From contig RSEE01000009.1 in the NCBI GenBank assembly GCA_003971905.1, forward strand, positions 62,001 through 126,000: DNA of 64,000 bases, written 5' to 3'. The first letter of the stretch is position 1, and each line of letters begins with the position of its first letter. Below are positions 37,858 through 51,893 of the stretch, piece by piece. The notes beneath the pieces were generated by a model. That model saw only the letters and a program-made list of their open reading frames with translations. It did no database searches and was not told the origin of the DNA. The translations under genes were made by a program, and so were the position numbers. The stretch is from Moniliella sp. 'wahieum'. Lineage: Eukaryota.

Positions 37858-39394
37858 TCAGCGGTACAAGGAAGGGTTGGTGCGCTTCTCCCGCACTCGG
37901 GCTTCATGTCCATAGAGGCGGGTCGTGCGACTGATTAAGTCTTTGTGCCCTGCCTCCAGAGTGTGGAGCCACTGTTGCAATGCCTCAGTACGGGCTTTGC
38001 TCATCTCGCTCGCACACCAGGGGCCGTCCAGCTCCAACGTCTCGTTTACCTGATCGATCCGCCCTTGCAGGCGGTGGTCAAGAATGAGTGTGCGCACCAA
38101 GCTCTCGGCCGTTTTAGTCGAGACGTTTGAGTTGCTTAGCAAGATAGTGTAGATCGAGGCGGGTGTACGAGCCGACCGTGTCAGAATGTACTGGTGGCGG
38201 AGGTACTTGAGCAGGAGGTCAATGTAGTCCGTAATGAAGCTATCGCCATGAAAGACAGAGTCATTTTCTTTGATCACGATCTCCGCCTGCAGTGCATCGT
38301 TTCTTCGGTATGCCTCGGCCAACTGCAGCATCGCTGCGATCTGGGGATCAGTCTTGTAGGGCCGCATCTCACGGCTGTCAAAGGGGTTGATGTGGCTGCC
38401 CATAAAGAGGACGGCGAGGACAAGGTATTTGAGCACTCCAATCCGGGCCGGTGATCCGGCCTCATCATACGCGTTAAAAGCTTGATAAAAGTCTTGCTGC
38501 GCTGCGGTCCAGTTGCTTTCGGACATGTGCATTTTGCCGCCGCACTCGCGGATGATGCCCGAAACACGGGGGTGAGGAATGGCATTCTTGACTTGGAGCG
38601 TCGCATTGTAGACCTCCTTGAGTTTCATGTAGTCCTTGAGCTCCGAGTACATTTGAATTTCAGTAGCAAAAACCTCCATGAGGATGGTGCCCTTGTTTTG
38701 ATCTGCGCTGACTACTCCCCCGGCCCCATCATCCCCCGTAATAGCGCCAAGCCCCGTACTGGGTGCTTGCGGACCAAGGCAATACTCTTTCAGCCCGCGA
38801 ATCGTCTTTTCAAGACGGTTCCACTCTCGCCGAGCAAGCCAGAGTCTGGCAAGCTTGAGGTCAGTCTTGACGCTCAGCCGCTCGTTGCGAGCCTCCTCGA
38901 GTGCTACATTGGTGGCGGCGTAAAACTGTTCCATCATGCCCAGGTCGATGCTTGTAGACAAGGAGACGTAATCAAGGATTGTGTTGATTGATTTTTCCCT
39001 GAGATGCAGACAGTGTCAGCTGGGCGCGTACCACCTGGGATAAAGGGGACGCACGCATAGTTGCGGGTGACAGCGCTTTTGGTGTAGCCCAACAATTCGC
39101 GGTAGGCGGCAAGGGCAGCGTCGTACTCGCCGGCGCGGAACTGAGCCTTGGTAATCTGCTTCAGTGACTTGAATCCAAACTCCCCATCGCTTCTTCCTTT
39201 TCGCGCTCGACGACGTCGCGAAAGGCAGCTAGGGCAGCGGGCATGTCGGAAGTGCGCTTGGCTTTGGCGAGGTAGTACAAGTTTTCCAGGTCAGCCTGAG
39301 CTTCGTCGGGGGCATCGTCGTCGTCTTCGAAATCAAAGTCGTACTCCTCTTCGTCGTCGGCCACTCCGTCAAACATAAACTCGTCGTCGGACAT
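37858..39394 (-). CDS. CSN2: COP9 signalosome subunit 2 (PCI domain)
   Basis: MSDDEFM acidic N-terminus, LENLYY.AK, GFKSLKQ, RNYAEKSIN across intron 38999-39054, AIPHPRVSGIIRECGGKMHM, YDEAGS, INPFDS.E. Confidence 0.95.
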
Positions 39395-39788
39395 GGCGGC
39401 GATGGGGGAGACCGGGGGGGGGGAAGCGGCTGGGGTGATGGAGGGGCTGCGGACCAACGATGTCGTCAGCGAGGGTCCGAGCGAGGCAGCCCTCCTTACA
39501 TAATCCGCTCGCGACGCTTTCAACTGAAACCTCAGACGCACCTCCAGCGCACCAGTGTGTGATGTGGATGTGATAGGGGGCATGGATGGGAACCAGCGTG
39601 ATAACGATAACACACCAACGGAGGAAGCAATATTATGCTGGATCGACCCATTGCTGCCCTTTTTTGGGTTTGGCCCCTGCCAGCCATAATGGCGGCATGT
39701 CACACCGACCTCTCCTGGCTCTTGCGCCGTCGTCCATTTCGTCCTCGTCCTCGCCGCCACCGCCCTTCCTGCTGCATCGCAGGTCCCC

Positions 39789-42700
39789 ATGACGACCACA
39801 ACAGCGGCAGGGCCATCATCGGCCCAGTACCCCTGGGCACCGCCCGGCGAGTTGGCTGTGTTGTGGTTTGCATCTGCCGTGCTTCCTGCCGCGCTGAGCG
39901 TGTTGCTTGCCTTCCGTCACTTCTCGCCCGCCAGAAAGTTTGCTGCATCCTCTACGTTTGGGCGCCTTGCTAGCGCCATCACGCTCGACCCTGTTGGACC
40001 TGATGATGTGTGTGCGGCCCAGGATGCCGATCCCAACTGCGTCCACCAGAGCCCCCCAAGTCACCACTCCCTCGCCTATCGCTGGGCCGAATCCGACAGA
40101 GCACACCCGCTCCTGCCCGCGCCTCAATCGCTCGGCCCACCAACGCATGTTATCACGGTGGTGGGGTGGCGATGCTGCATATGCTTTCATGGGGGGTCAT
40201 CTATGTTCTTGGCGCCACGGTCCCACGGAGCTACCCTTGCCCTAATACGCAAGATACCATGCGCTGCGCCGGCTTCACCTACCACGGCAGAGCCCCACAC
40301 AGAACACAGTTCAGGCTGTGCTCCAGTCGTTGCCATGGTCGTATGTTGCAACACGTACGCTCGCCAAGCCTCTTCCGACTCCAGCATACGATGTTGTAGT
40401 ACTTCTTCTGCTTCTTCTCGCCGCACCATTAATCCGCCTCCACTTACTCATCCTCCATCCCCACCATGCTCACGTTGCCGCCATCATCCTAAATGTAGCT
40501 AGTACTGCTGGAATCATACTTGCCTGCGCGGCCGAGATGAGTCTTCCCTTGAGGGCGTATCCACCTGCCTTGGCCACTCGGATGGGCTATCCAACCCTGT
40601 TTCAGCCGTCTTCAAGGCGCCCCTAAATGGTGTTGATGCTTCCCGGATGGCAGGTCCAGAAGACGTATGCTCCTTAGCAACATGGTTGTCAGTGAGGTGG
40701 ATATCTCCCTGCTCAAGCAGCGTATGACGCTTCGAGTTCTCGTGGGGGCAGGCTTAGGGGGAGGCAAGTCTGGACCTTAGGGTTGCCCCTTCGGTCGCTT
40801 ACCTCCTCAGAGCATGGGCCCAGCTTCTGCAAGCACAATTTGGATCAAGCTGTTCCGCATCAACTCAAAGAACCTACTCTTGGATCTGGGTATGCGGTAC
40901 GTTGGTTTACTATCTTGTTGTCCTCACATACACGAACGACCAGATAGAACTGTCCCCCTTCACACCAGATCATCAGTTCATTTATGCTCTATGTCAAACC
41001 ATGGATCCTGATGCGGGTTTTGGAAGGCGTCAGGCTCCAGTCCTACCGACGATGGGAGCTCCCATCCCTGGCACCCAAATACAACAGACCACAGTGTCCT
41101 TCTTGAGAAGCTCTTTCGTCGTTCCTTTGGCATTTTGAGGGTCCGCACGCGGTGGGCACGCCACGCCAAACAGCAGACCTCATGCAGCGTTGGTATGCTG
41201 CTCGTCATTGTTACCACCCAGCTGGACATGAACCGGTACAGCTACGGACGTAGGGCATCACTTGCAAGTCCACCGTTCTTACCACTGCTGTTTACGAAAG
41301 TCTCTTCGTGCAAAAAGCGGGGCAGAGAGAGGGGGATATCACTCGTCGCCGTCGACATTGAAACGGTGGCCATGTTTGTGGTCCATCTGTTCATGGGTAC
41401 GAGATTCCGCTCAGGTTGGACTCGGGATCTGGATGCTCATTTCCCTTATGGGTGGTCTCTCGGTGGTGGGAATGCTTATCCTAGGGCTAGGAGTACCGCT
41501 TCAGTCGCTCCTGCTCCGGTTACAACATCGATACCTGGTGCAAGTTTCTCACGCACGCGACCAGCGTCTCTCCTGTCTCGCTGGTTTTCTCTCGGTCCTA
41601 CGGGCAGCCAAGCTGGAATCTGTCTCTGAATGGTTGGCCGACAGGTCATGTCTCTCAGGAACGTGGCTAGCGTATGGCCTCCGACTGCAACTGGTCAACG
41701 CAGCCTCACGGCTGGTATGGACCCTCCTACCGGCTCTCGTCACAGTGACAACATTTGCATGGTACACTCTCTTGGCGCAACAACTCTCACCATCCCCGTG
41801 GCGTTCACTGCGCTGAGCTTATTGCCCTTCTTGCCCAACCACTTGGAACCATTCCGTCCTTGGCCGACGACTTTGCCCGATTCCGAGTTGCTCTGGGGCG
41901 AATCGACGCATTCCTTTCTCTGCCTGAATCGGATGTGACCAGCACGCCCATGGTTCGCCAGCTGGGCGAAGAAGATGTGCTTGATTGACGGATGCTGTTT
42001 TGGCTTGGCCCGAGTCGCACACGGTAGTGCTGCACGGCATCACCTTGCACTTGCGTGAGGGCTTGACTGTCGTGTATGGACCCACAGGTTCAGGAAAGTC
42101 AGCTCTTCTGCTATCTCTACTGGGGGAGCTCGAGCAATTGGAAGGGTCGCGTCTCAAACAGGGCTTAGACGGCGCCTTTGACCCCGTTACCGCACTGGTG
42201 GCTCGCGCCGCTTATTGTTCTCCTACCCGTGGATTCAAGCAGGGACCATACGGAACAACATTCTCTTTGGCCAGTCTATGGATTCTGGGCGCTACAACAC
42301 CGTGCTTCGTGCGTGTGGATTGGATAGCCTATCCGCCTGCGGCGGGTCGGATGGGGACCTTACCTCCACCGGTACTAATGGCAATGCGCTCTCGGGTGGA
42401 CAAAGAGCCCGCGTAGCTCTTGCCCGAGCGCTTTACTCGCCCTGCCGCACTTTGGTATTGGACAGTGTGCTGGCCTCACTCGATGTGTTTACCGCACGTA
42501 CGGTCGCCTCAGCCCTCACGGGGGAGCTGGTTAAAGGAAGATGCGTTATCCTTGCCACCCATCAGGTGGCCTTGTGGCACCCTTGGCCCAGTGGGCAGTC
42601 CACCTGAAGGAAGGGAGGATCCTTCAGCAGGGCCCCCCATCTGAATTGTTATCCCAGCAAGATTGGCTTGTGGCTGATTCTATCGTTGAGGATAAAACCG

Positions 42701-44669
42701 CTTCCCCCTGCTTGGAAGAGCTGCCGGAGAGCGAGGATCAGAACGAAGGGGAAACCGCGATCACGGCTGGGAGGTGCCCTACAAGATTTGCCGTGTACCT
42801 TCGAGCATGTGGGTGGGTCTACTGTTCCTTGTGTTACTTCTTCTCATTCTGGCCAAGTTGGCGGATGTTGCGGGAGCCGTGTGGCTGTCGTACGGGTTTC
42901 AGAGCGCGACGTCGATTCTCACAATACATCCTCGTCTGCTGCACCTTTGCGTGGCTCAACGCCAAGACCATCAGACGGAGGGGCGGGAAGGGAGTTATAA
43001 ATCCTCTCTTCTCCCAGGCGCCATGCACATGCCCACCATCTGCTGCCTTGGCCTCCTGTCGGGCACGCCAGCCTGCCTTACCTCCTAGTTTTCGCATGCC
43101 TACAATGATGTCGGCGGGGGCGTCGGCAGGGTTCGTAGCTCTTCTAGCCTTCGTGGGCTGTACGGGCGTCCCGACGGATCTTTGGGTTGATGATAAGGGC
43201 GTCTGCAACGCGCCCCTCACCTGGCTCGATACCCTTCCCCCCGGCCACTTTCTCACTCGTTTCTCGTTCTCGGGACCTGGATGTACTGGACGGCCAGTTG
43301 ATTAGGTGGCCATGCAGGTAGGGAAAGCTTTGTTGCATTCTCGTTGCTTGGGGTGCGCTGCTGGTAGCTTTGCCGGCCATGACTGTTCCCGCAGGGGGTG
43401 TGGGCTACTCTTTTTCTATTTGATCAAGCACTACCTTCCGGCTTCACGGGACACTCGCCGTCTCGAGTTTGCGGCGCGCTCGCCTGTGCTCAACCGCTAT
43501 ACCGAAGCCATCCGTGGGGGAGCGACAATTCGAGCATTCGGTGCCGGCCCACGCCTAGCTAAGCCGTCTACGCTCCTTTGGATCGGGCCAATTCGCTGCA
43601 CTATTATTGGTGGATGTGCAATGCCTGGCTCCTTCTTCGTGTTGACCTGGTGGCAGGCGCCAATGTTTTCCTCGTCCAGATCCTGACGCTTTGGCTCCGC
43701 ATCCCCCCCGCCTTGGCCGCGATCGCGATCACCCAAAGTGCCAGGTACACCGCTTCACTTTACCAGGTAGGGCGGTTCATGGCGACGTTGGAGCAAGATC
43801 TCACAGCTGTTGAGGGGTCGTCAGCCTTGTCCCGCCCTACATCCCACAAGAGGAGAACAACATTCCTACGTGCCTACCTTGCGCTTGGCCTACAGGCGAT
43901 AGCATTCGCTTTGAACATGTTTCCGTCAAATATGGACGGAGGAGATCTTGCATGATGTGTCCTTTTCCCTCCGCAGAGGAGAGAAGGTAGGCATTGTGGG
44001 TCCCAGTGGAAGCGGGAAGAGTACTCTGCTCCAAGCATTGCTGCGCGCCGTCGATCCAGACCAGGGTGATATCCTTCTGGACGAAATCAACCTACGCACT
44101 GTCGCTCCCGGTACGATCCGAGCAAAGGTGATGTACCTCCCCCAGGAGCCTCTATTGTGGCAAGGGAGTCTACGGGAGATCCTTGATCCCCACCAAGAGG
44201 CGGACGAGACCAAGTGTCTTGCAGCCTTGGCAAAAGTTGGTCTTTCGCTTCCATTGGACACGAACATTGAACCCCATGGTGCTAACCTAGCCGAAGGGGA
44301 GAGGCAGTTGGTCGCCCTGGCCCGGGCACTGATCAGTCTGTCTCATCCCAACGGGTGCTTCTCGCCGACGAGCCTACAGCCCATGTCGACCCGCACACAG
44401 CCGAGACGATCCATCGCGTATTGAGAGACCAATATGCGTCTCATCTTGTTCTCCTCGTCGCCCATCGGCTGGAGAGTGTTATGGATTTGGACCGCATCCT
44501 CCTCCTGGACGCAGGCAAAGTGGTCGAGTTTGATGTGCCTGCAGTCCTTCTTTCACGCGACGGTCCGTTTCGCCGGATGGCGATACAGGCAGGACTTGCT
44601 TTAGCCTGCCGATCACTGCACGTCGTTCTTTCGGGTCATTTTTTGTGGTCGATGAACCGACCTTCTTGA
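39789..44669 (+). CDS. ABCC/MRP-type full ABC transporter (TMD-NBD-TMD-NBD), heavily frameshifted
   Basis: Walker A GPTGSGKS and GPSGSGKS; PWIQAGTIRNNILFG; LSGGQRARVALARA; RRLEFAARSPV; GATIRAFG; DEPTA; VAHRL. 5' end uncertain. Confidence 0.85.
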
Positions 44670-44758
44670 ATCTTTTCCTGCTACCGGCCGTGCTGTTTTT
44701 TCCTGAAGAACTCTTGATATATAGGATCGGCAGGCCTGCCGTTATTCTCAACACTGTC

Positions 44759-47474
44759 TCATCGAATCCATGGGTGTTTCCGAGATGTTGCTACGCGGTC
44801 GCCAGGGCGGGGACGACCATGGCTGCTCAGAGGGATGAAGTACAATGATCTCGAGGGAGACAATGCGATGCCCAACGTAGAAATGGGATATTGAAGCGAG
44901 GCGGAGAGTTCATCCGATCGTCGTATCTCCCTCCTCATCGGGGCGGTAGGATGACACAGTGGACGCCTTGGTCCCAGTCTCATCCGAAGAGGAGCATGAG
45001 GAGGACATTGCCATCGTAGGAGGCGCCGATGGCCAGTCACACGGACATGGTGACCTGGCATTATCCATCGACGCTAGGGCACTGGAATCGGAGATGGCAA
45101 GGCTAGCTACTGGGGCAGCACTAATGCTCCCCCTGGGGGGGCGCATTGGGGATGAATCCGTCCCCTCGCATTGAACCAGGCATAGGGCGGGGAGCTGGAC
45201 AGTAACCCGTTATTCGGAAGGGAGGCGGCATGATTGGATTGACTTGGTTGCGTCGTCCCTCTCCTGCCTCGAGTGGCTTGCCTGTTAACCCTCCACTGTG
45301 CGAAAGGGGTTGAAGCATCGCTTGTGAAGGGCCGGGCGAAATGTGCTGTCCCTTACCCAACCCACGAGCCATGGCCTCAAACGCAAACGAACCACCTACA
45401 CCACTGGCACCTCGGTGACGCTGGGGAGGGGAGAGCGGAAGGCCTAGGGAAACCCCACCACTGAGACCACCGTTGGGGTTGCGTGGCCATCTCCTGGATC
45501 GCGGTGGGTCGGGGGCGAGAGAAGAGCATCCTCCCTTTCTTGGCATAGATCCTCAATCAAAGAGCTGGCTGATTGCGAGCGATTAGAGAGGATCTTTGTC
45601 GCACGGAAAAACTCGCCTCGAATAGTGTAGAGCCCATCCTTGGTGACAGGACGGGAAACGTTGATGTTCTGCGCAAACGGATCTTGAATGCAGAGCTCCC
45701 CAGTAAAGTTAATGTCATCTTTCGGGAACGTTCCATGGGGTGTCCTGATACTAAGCACATCGTGAGCGTAAGCAAACTCTTTGCTAAAGAAAGCAAAGAA
45801 GCCCATCAGGAGGCTGGCCACGTTCTCCCGGTTGTGTGAGCGCCACTCAGACCGGACCCGAGCAATGTCGTCGTAAAGTACACATCGTGCCCCTGGAGAG
45901 TGTGGGTTATTGATCGGGGCGACAGGTCCATGTGCTGCAGGTTAGGAAGAACAGGAGGATGCTTGATGTGCATCAGATAGTAGAGCGCCATGAGAGTATA
46001 CCCGTACGACGAGAGGGTGCCAGTGTACGGAGAGTTGAGTTTTCGCCGCTTTGCCCATACCTTGAGGAAAAGCACTAGCGTCCTTACCCTGGGAGGGTCG
46101 ACCATGGCGTAGCTGAGCAACAGACGCGTGTTCTCCAACGCCAGTCGGTTCTCAAACCCAATATCGCATGAAAGTTCGTAGGGCTGTGTGGCCGAGGCAG
46201 CTACAGAGGGGTTAGCGTACATACCCAAGTGGGGGCAAGGTAGGGCGTACGTTTGTGGATTTTGATGATTGGGATCCGAGCCTGCGGAAGGGGCATGACG
46301 TTGAAATCGGTCTGGTCGCGAATAAGGTGCGCAAATTGTTCTACCAGCTCCCTGGCTCGTGCGGCAGAGAGGGGTGGAACATCAGTGCCTGGAGGTGCAG
46401 GAGGATGGGCATCTCCTTGTTCATGGGCGTCCGGGTGAGCGACTGCGTCCGATATAAGGCAGCACAAATCCATGTCCGAGTTGCGTAGAGCAAAGCCGTT
46501 GGCCATGGAGCCAAAGGCGAGCAACGAAGCATGTGGGTCGATCTGCTGCGCGAGACGTTGCAACCGTCTTCGCAGGGCCTCCTTAATTCGATACTCCTCC
46601 TCGGTAGGTAGGAGGGGTGAGAGAAAGGAAACGATCGCGCGAGTCAGGTCGACTTGGTGCTGTTCGAGAGCAGCATGAAATCGTCCGCCAGAACGGTGAT
46701 TGTATCCTGCCGTGCGCGGGATGGGGATGGCCCCCTGCTCATTCCCGCGACTGGAGACCGGAGAGGGGTGCACCGGGAATACCGGCCATGGGCCCCCACC
46801 ATGGGTCGGGCAGTGGGCGGGAGGGGAGAGGGGGGAGACGGACATGGGAGGACGATGCTGGGGGAGCGGTGGCGAAGCTCTCGCCCGAGTCGGACACGTC
46901 AGAGTGGGCGGATGACGAGGGGGCGCTGCTGCGGGTGTGGCGTCCGACAAGGCAGGTGACGTGGCGGAGGGCGAGTAGTAAGAAGCTGGGCCGCTGGTGC
47001 AGGTGGCGGTGAAGAGGCCATTGCGGAGAGCAGGGATCAGGCGGGAGCGCGACTCGCGGGGGGTGGCCCAGGCTGACAGCGCCGCACACCACCGGCAGAT
47101 GTTCCAGGCGGCAGGGGCAGGGGGGAGGGAGATGGGGGGGATGGATAAGGAAATGACGATGGAGATGGTGACGACGATGGGGATGGGGATGGAGATGGAG
47201 ATGGAGATGGAGATGGAGATGGAGATGGAGATGGAGATGGAGATGGAGATGGGGTGGGATGGGAGGTGCCAGAGGTGGCGTTGGGCCGCAGCACGTCCAG
47301 GTGGTTCCTGCCTGGGCCACATGGGGGCTGGGCTGCTGGGTTGTAAAAGCCACTGCATGCAATGCAATGAGCCACATGCATACGTAAGCAGCGCCACGCC
47401 CCCTTTGGGCCGGTGGCCTCCGTCTGCTGCTTTTGCATCGCCACGCAGCGCACCGCCGATGGGTATCCATGCAT
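44759..47474 (-). CDS. Cid1-family non-canonical poly(A)/poly(U) polymerase
   Basis: FGSMANGFALRNSDMDLCC (hG[S]...DhD), ARIPIIK, CDIGFENRLALENTRLL, KVWAKRRKLNSPYTGTLSSYGY, CIQDPF. Low-complexity N-terminus; ends approximate. Confidence 0.9.
47176..47251. repeat. Hexamer repeat (GATGGA/GATGGG)n in the 5' part of the Cid1-like gene
   Basis: About 12 units; probably encodes (PS)n or (HL)n on the minus strand. Confidence 0.9.
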
Positions 47475-47699
47475 TCGCACGCCTCCCGCAAGCACAGCCC
47501 CCGACGCTATGCCAGCCACCTCAGCAGCTCCGCCAGCACCCGCACCAGCAGCCCCACTGGCGCCCACACAGCGCCAGTGCGTGTGTTCCCAGCGCATCTA
47601 GCCCCATTCCCCCCTGGAGAACGCCCACTGCCGTAACGCGTGTCCCGTCCGCTGAGCCATCCCCACTCACGCTGGGTCCCCCAGTCACCGACGCTGTCT

Positions 47700-49864
47700 T
47701 CCTAGAGACGGATTGAAGCGAGTGCACCATCGTTTCCAATGGAGGTCCCACCAGGTTGGGCGTGCTGCACCACACCCCTAGCACAAGGAGCAGCCCCATC
47801 AGCCTCACAGTCCGCCCGTTGCCAGATAACCATCCCGCCATGTGCAGTGCACTGTCCTGGCGCAGGGTTATCCTCTGTTCCACCGCAAGGGGGAGAGATA
47901 CCACCCCGTTTTGTTCAGAGTGAGAAAGCTCTTGTCGACCGGATCGACACACATCCGCATGCTGCCCATCGTCCTCACGTCGCCATGAGTGGTGATACGT
48001 ACCCCCTCCACCGGAAGCGAAAGCATAGGCAAATGCACCTCCTTGTCGGGGATAAATTGCCACTGAAACACAACTTCTTGCGTGTGCGGTGGGAGTGAGA
48101 GAGGGTTAGTTCGACCTTGCCTTCATTGAGGGGGATCGAACTCCGGATCCCCATGGCCGTGAACGTGACATTATCACCGTTAAGGAAAGTGAGAGTAATT
48201 CCGGGCCCATAGGGCGCAGGAAGAGGAAGCTGAAGCTTCAACGTCCCTTTTCCGCGGCGGGAGAAACAAGTAGTTCCACTTCGATGCCCGGGATGACCCA
48301 TTCTGACTTGTCCCCTAATGGGGGAAGGGAACAATTCAGTCCCTCTACAGGAGGTAAGTACTTGGGCTCCGTCCAAGCGCAGCGGTGGCTGTGCATCAAT
48401 GGTCACTGACGGAACAGGGCCCATTCCACACGCCTCCACTTGCGGGAGAGAGAGGCCCATCTGGCCGTTCGGGGCGATCATAGGGAGCAGCTGCATTTCA
48501 CCAACAAGTTGTACCGTCACCTGTTTTGGCGGAGGAAATAGATGCGCCCCGACCACGAGTGGGTCGAGGAGGAGTTCACATCGGTCGCTTTTCACTGATT
48601 GCCCAGGTAAAAAGATGACTTGCCATTTCCTTCAAGACTGTCAACCAGAGTGAGAGCATTGGACCGGTCTCGCTCCATGTGGGAGGAAGAGGAGAGGATG
48701 AGAAGGCTTCTCCCTTCATGTGAGAGGCGTCCGTGCCTTCCTTGGTTTTGAAAGACGAGATATGAAGTATGCGCTCTCCATCACAAGAGAACGAGAGGGC
48801 AGCACTGTATAGGTCAGCATGGAATTGTAGGTAAGACGTCAAAATGGACATACTTAAGACGAGCGGCAGGAGCCATGACCGGCAAGTGCAAGCCACCAAC
48901 CACAAGATCGAGACTGAATGCCACGCGGGACCAAGGCCACATAGTAGGCGGTAAGAGAGACACTTGCATTCGAGCCACCTGCACATGGTCCACTCGAAAC
49001 TGGGGGGCTTCCCAGGCGGGGTCCTAATATGGTCCCCAGTGAACCTGAATGGGGTCAGAACCTGGGGCAAGCACGCCTTGAGCTATTACCCCCCCTTTCG
49101 AGGGGTCGGGCAAAGAAAACGTTCCTCCTCTATATGATCAACTTGTGGGTTGACCTTCATCAGCACTTCGTTCCGGCCTTGGACGAGCGGGTAATCGAAG
49201 AGGATGCAGTGATCGGATCAAAGTGGACACTGCATGGAGGCGTGGAAGATGGAGAAGTAGGGATCGTGCGGTGGGGTGAGAAGATAGGCGATCCGGGCAT
49301 GAAATGTAATATGGAATGTCCTCGTTTTTTTTCCTCTCGTCCTTTGCTCAGGGGGATGTGAAGAAGAAACCGCGTCTGATGTGCAGGTGAGATGGGCTCG
49401 AGAACGCATGTTGGACGACGGGGTGGAAAGGGATTGGGTCCTAGTCGAGAGGGGAGGGAGATGCACCACCTGGGATCACGCATCTTCATTGTCACGTGCG
49501 CTGGAATGGACAGGAGAGAAAAAATTCGCCCTCAAAGGAAGCGATGGGCGCAGGCGGAGAGAGAGCAGCACGTAGTCCGCTCGGCGCCAGGAGCGGCAAT
49601 GGACGCGAGACTCTGCTCTTGGGCGCATCTGGCGGCAGGGCCCAAGGAATGAGAGGGAAGATGGGGGCAGGGCGGCGGCCAGAAGGCAGCGCCAATGAAG
49701 AGAAGGTGGGAGATAATGTGCGTCCGGAACTGCGTGTGTGGCGCCTTCGTGGCGACGTCATTCGAGAATTGGCGGCGGCGATGCTGGCGGTGAGGGTGGC
49801 AGTGGCCGCAAACTCTGCTTCGTGCCTGTTTCGCCGACTGGACGAGGGTGATGCATGATGCATG
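47700..49864 (-). CDS. Hypothetical protein (chained frameshifted ORFs)
   Basis: Consecutive minus-strand ORFs 49492-49893, 48576-49070, 47975-48595 and 47868-48071 with protein-like composition and a short hydrophobic stretch near the C-terminus. No motif recognised. Confidence 0.4.
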
Positions 49865-50661
49865 TGCATGGTGGACCCAAGGACCCAAAGCACCCCCCTG
49901 TGCTGTGGTGCTAGCAGCAGTCACGTGACAAGCTGTCGCAGTGACTGTCACCACTCCGACTGCGTTGCTGGGTCCCAGTAGGCTGAGCAGCGCTGAGCCG
50001 CTGAGCCGCCACGTGACTGCATCACACGGGGCGCCACATTTCATTGTTTCATGCGTACACTTCCGAGCTTGCTGCTTTCCGTGCGGTTATATCGATTACC
50101 CATACCCCGGTCCTCCGTCCTGACATGCACACCATACAGGCGGTCGTGCCGCCCCGATCCACGGGAGTGGCTTCAGGACTCGTAGCTGCTCCTCCTAAAT
50201 CCCTTCCAGCTTCCGGAGAACCACAAAAAGATGTATACTCCAATCAAAACTCTTATATATATTCTTTTCTCCCTCTCTCGTCCAACAGTGATTCAAGCTT
50301 CTTGCCTACCCTCTCCATCATCTGCATCATCACTTTCGTCTGGATCAGACCCATATGGTTCCGCATAGTCATCCTGTTGACTGGTCCCTGGTTTATTCTA
50401 GACCCTGTTTTCCCCCTTTGCCTATCCTTTCTCCCATCTCCATCTCCTGTATATATTAGTCTGCGAAGGGTAGAAGCATGTTATGTCTGACGTATTAGTG
50501 TGTCACTCTGTTCACATATCGACGACGTTGATCTCGACAAACCCGACTGAGCCTTTTCTCGACGATAAAGATTGTTGAACGTAGTGTACTATAACAGAGA
50601 CAATATATCCTAACGGAATGTGCTTGTCAGATATCATGTCTGGTCCCTAGGTTATAAGACC

Positions 50662-50990
50662 TGTTGTAATATAGGAATGGCTGACCAATGAATATTGAAT
50701 TGCTCTCTCTCTTACTAAGAAACAGTGAGACACATGGTAAGGAAGATGAGACCTGAGATGCCTATATCACGGCTTGCATGCAACACCGACATGGATGGAG
50801 GCATGTGTATCTCAAGGCGCAGATAGGTACAGTTTCTCCCAAATTACTCTATTGCGCTGCACTGTGGACGCAAGACGCATCAACGCCGACGCATTATTAA
50901 AACATTTTTGTATCCTATGGAGGCATTCGGCCACCCTCCAAAACAAGCTCCGGATATAACTCTTTCCCGACCTTCGTGGTCCCCAAATCC
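50662..50990 (+). repeat. Left copy of a diverged ~330-bp inverted repeat pair (LTR-like or long TIR)
   Basis: Aligns in reverse complement to 57102-57624, e.g. GCATGTGTATCTCAAGGCGCAGATAGGTACAGTTTCTCCCAAATTA and CAAGCTCCGGATATAACTCTTT. Both copies start TGTTGTAATA. Confidence 0.9.
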
Positions 50991-51893
50991 AAGCTTATTA
51001 TGGTGCCCGCTCCTCTGTAGGTCTCCTCGACGGGCAACACTAGAAAGAGGGAATACTGGCAAAATGTCAAAACTCAATACAGCGTTTTCGTATCTCTCTC
51101 TTCCGAGAAGAGAGTTAGTCCGTGGGGGGTGGTTAAGGACTAATCCCAATAAAGATCCACTGCCACACTTGTGATCGTGGCCTGCTTCGTGGTGGGACAT
51201 CGGCTTCAGCCTTTTTTGAAAGAGGGTGTTGATAATCCGCGCAAGGCATACTACCCGTGTGTGGTCATCAGGTTGACGGTGAAGAATGAGGTATGAAGTG
51301 GAGTGTTTCCAACCTCTGTCTCTGCTTGTAACAGTCGGGGCTAGACAAGGGAGACCAAGGTCTTGTCAGAGACAGGGGGGATGGCAAGATAGTCCGTGGG
51401 AGGAACAGAAGGCATCGGAGAACAGAGGCAAAGGGGACAGAGAAGAACAAGATACACGGGATGCAGATGTGGATATCGGAGCGAGCTTAGTCATTCGGTG
51501 ACACTGCTCCTCTTCAGTGATAAGAGCTGCACTCAGGTTCGGGTTATCGGTTACCGGGCAAGAGAGGTTTTGATGCGCGAGAGTCGCTGTATGATCCTTT
51601 TGTAGATGAGTGTGCAACAGAGATTCACGAATACTAATAAGCACCTCTCTTTCTACGTTACGGTCCGTGGCTTGTGTGGGTCGCGTGTGTTGAACAAAAG
51701 AATCCGTTTCTACGTGTTGAGCAAAGGACGAAGATAGGGTGTGATGAAGGAGGAGATTGGGGAAGTGGTTCTGGTGAGAGTACAGAGGAGGCTATGAGAA
51801 GAAGGGTAGGTCCACGGGCGCTGGTGAAAATTAATATTTTGCTTAGATGACCACATCACCCAAAATGAGTAAATTTTTACGAATATTACCTTG

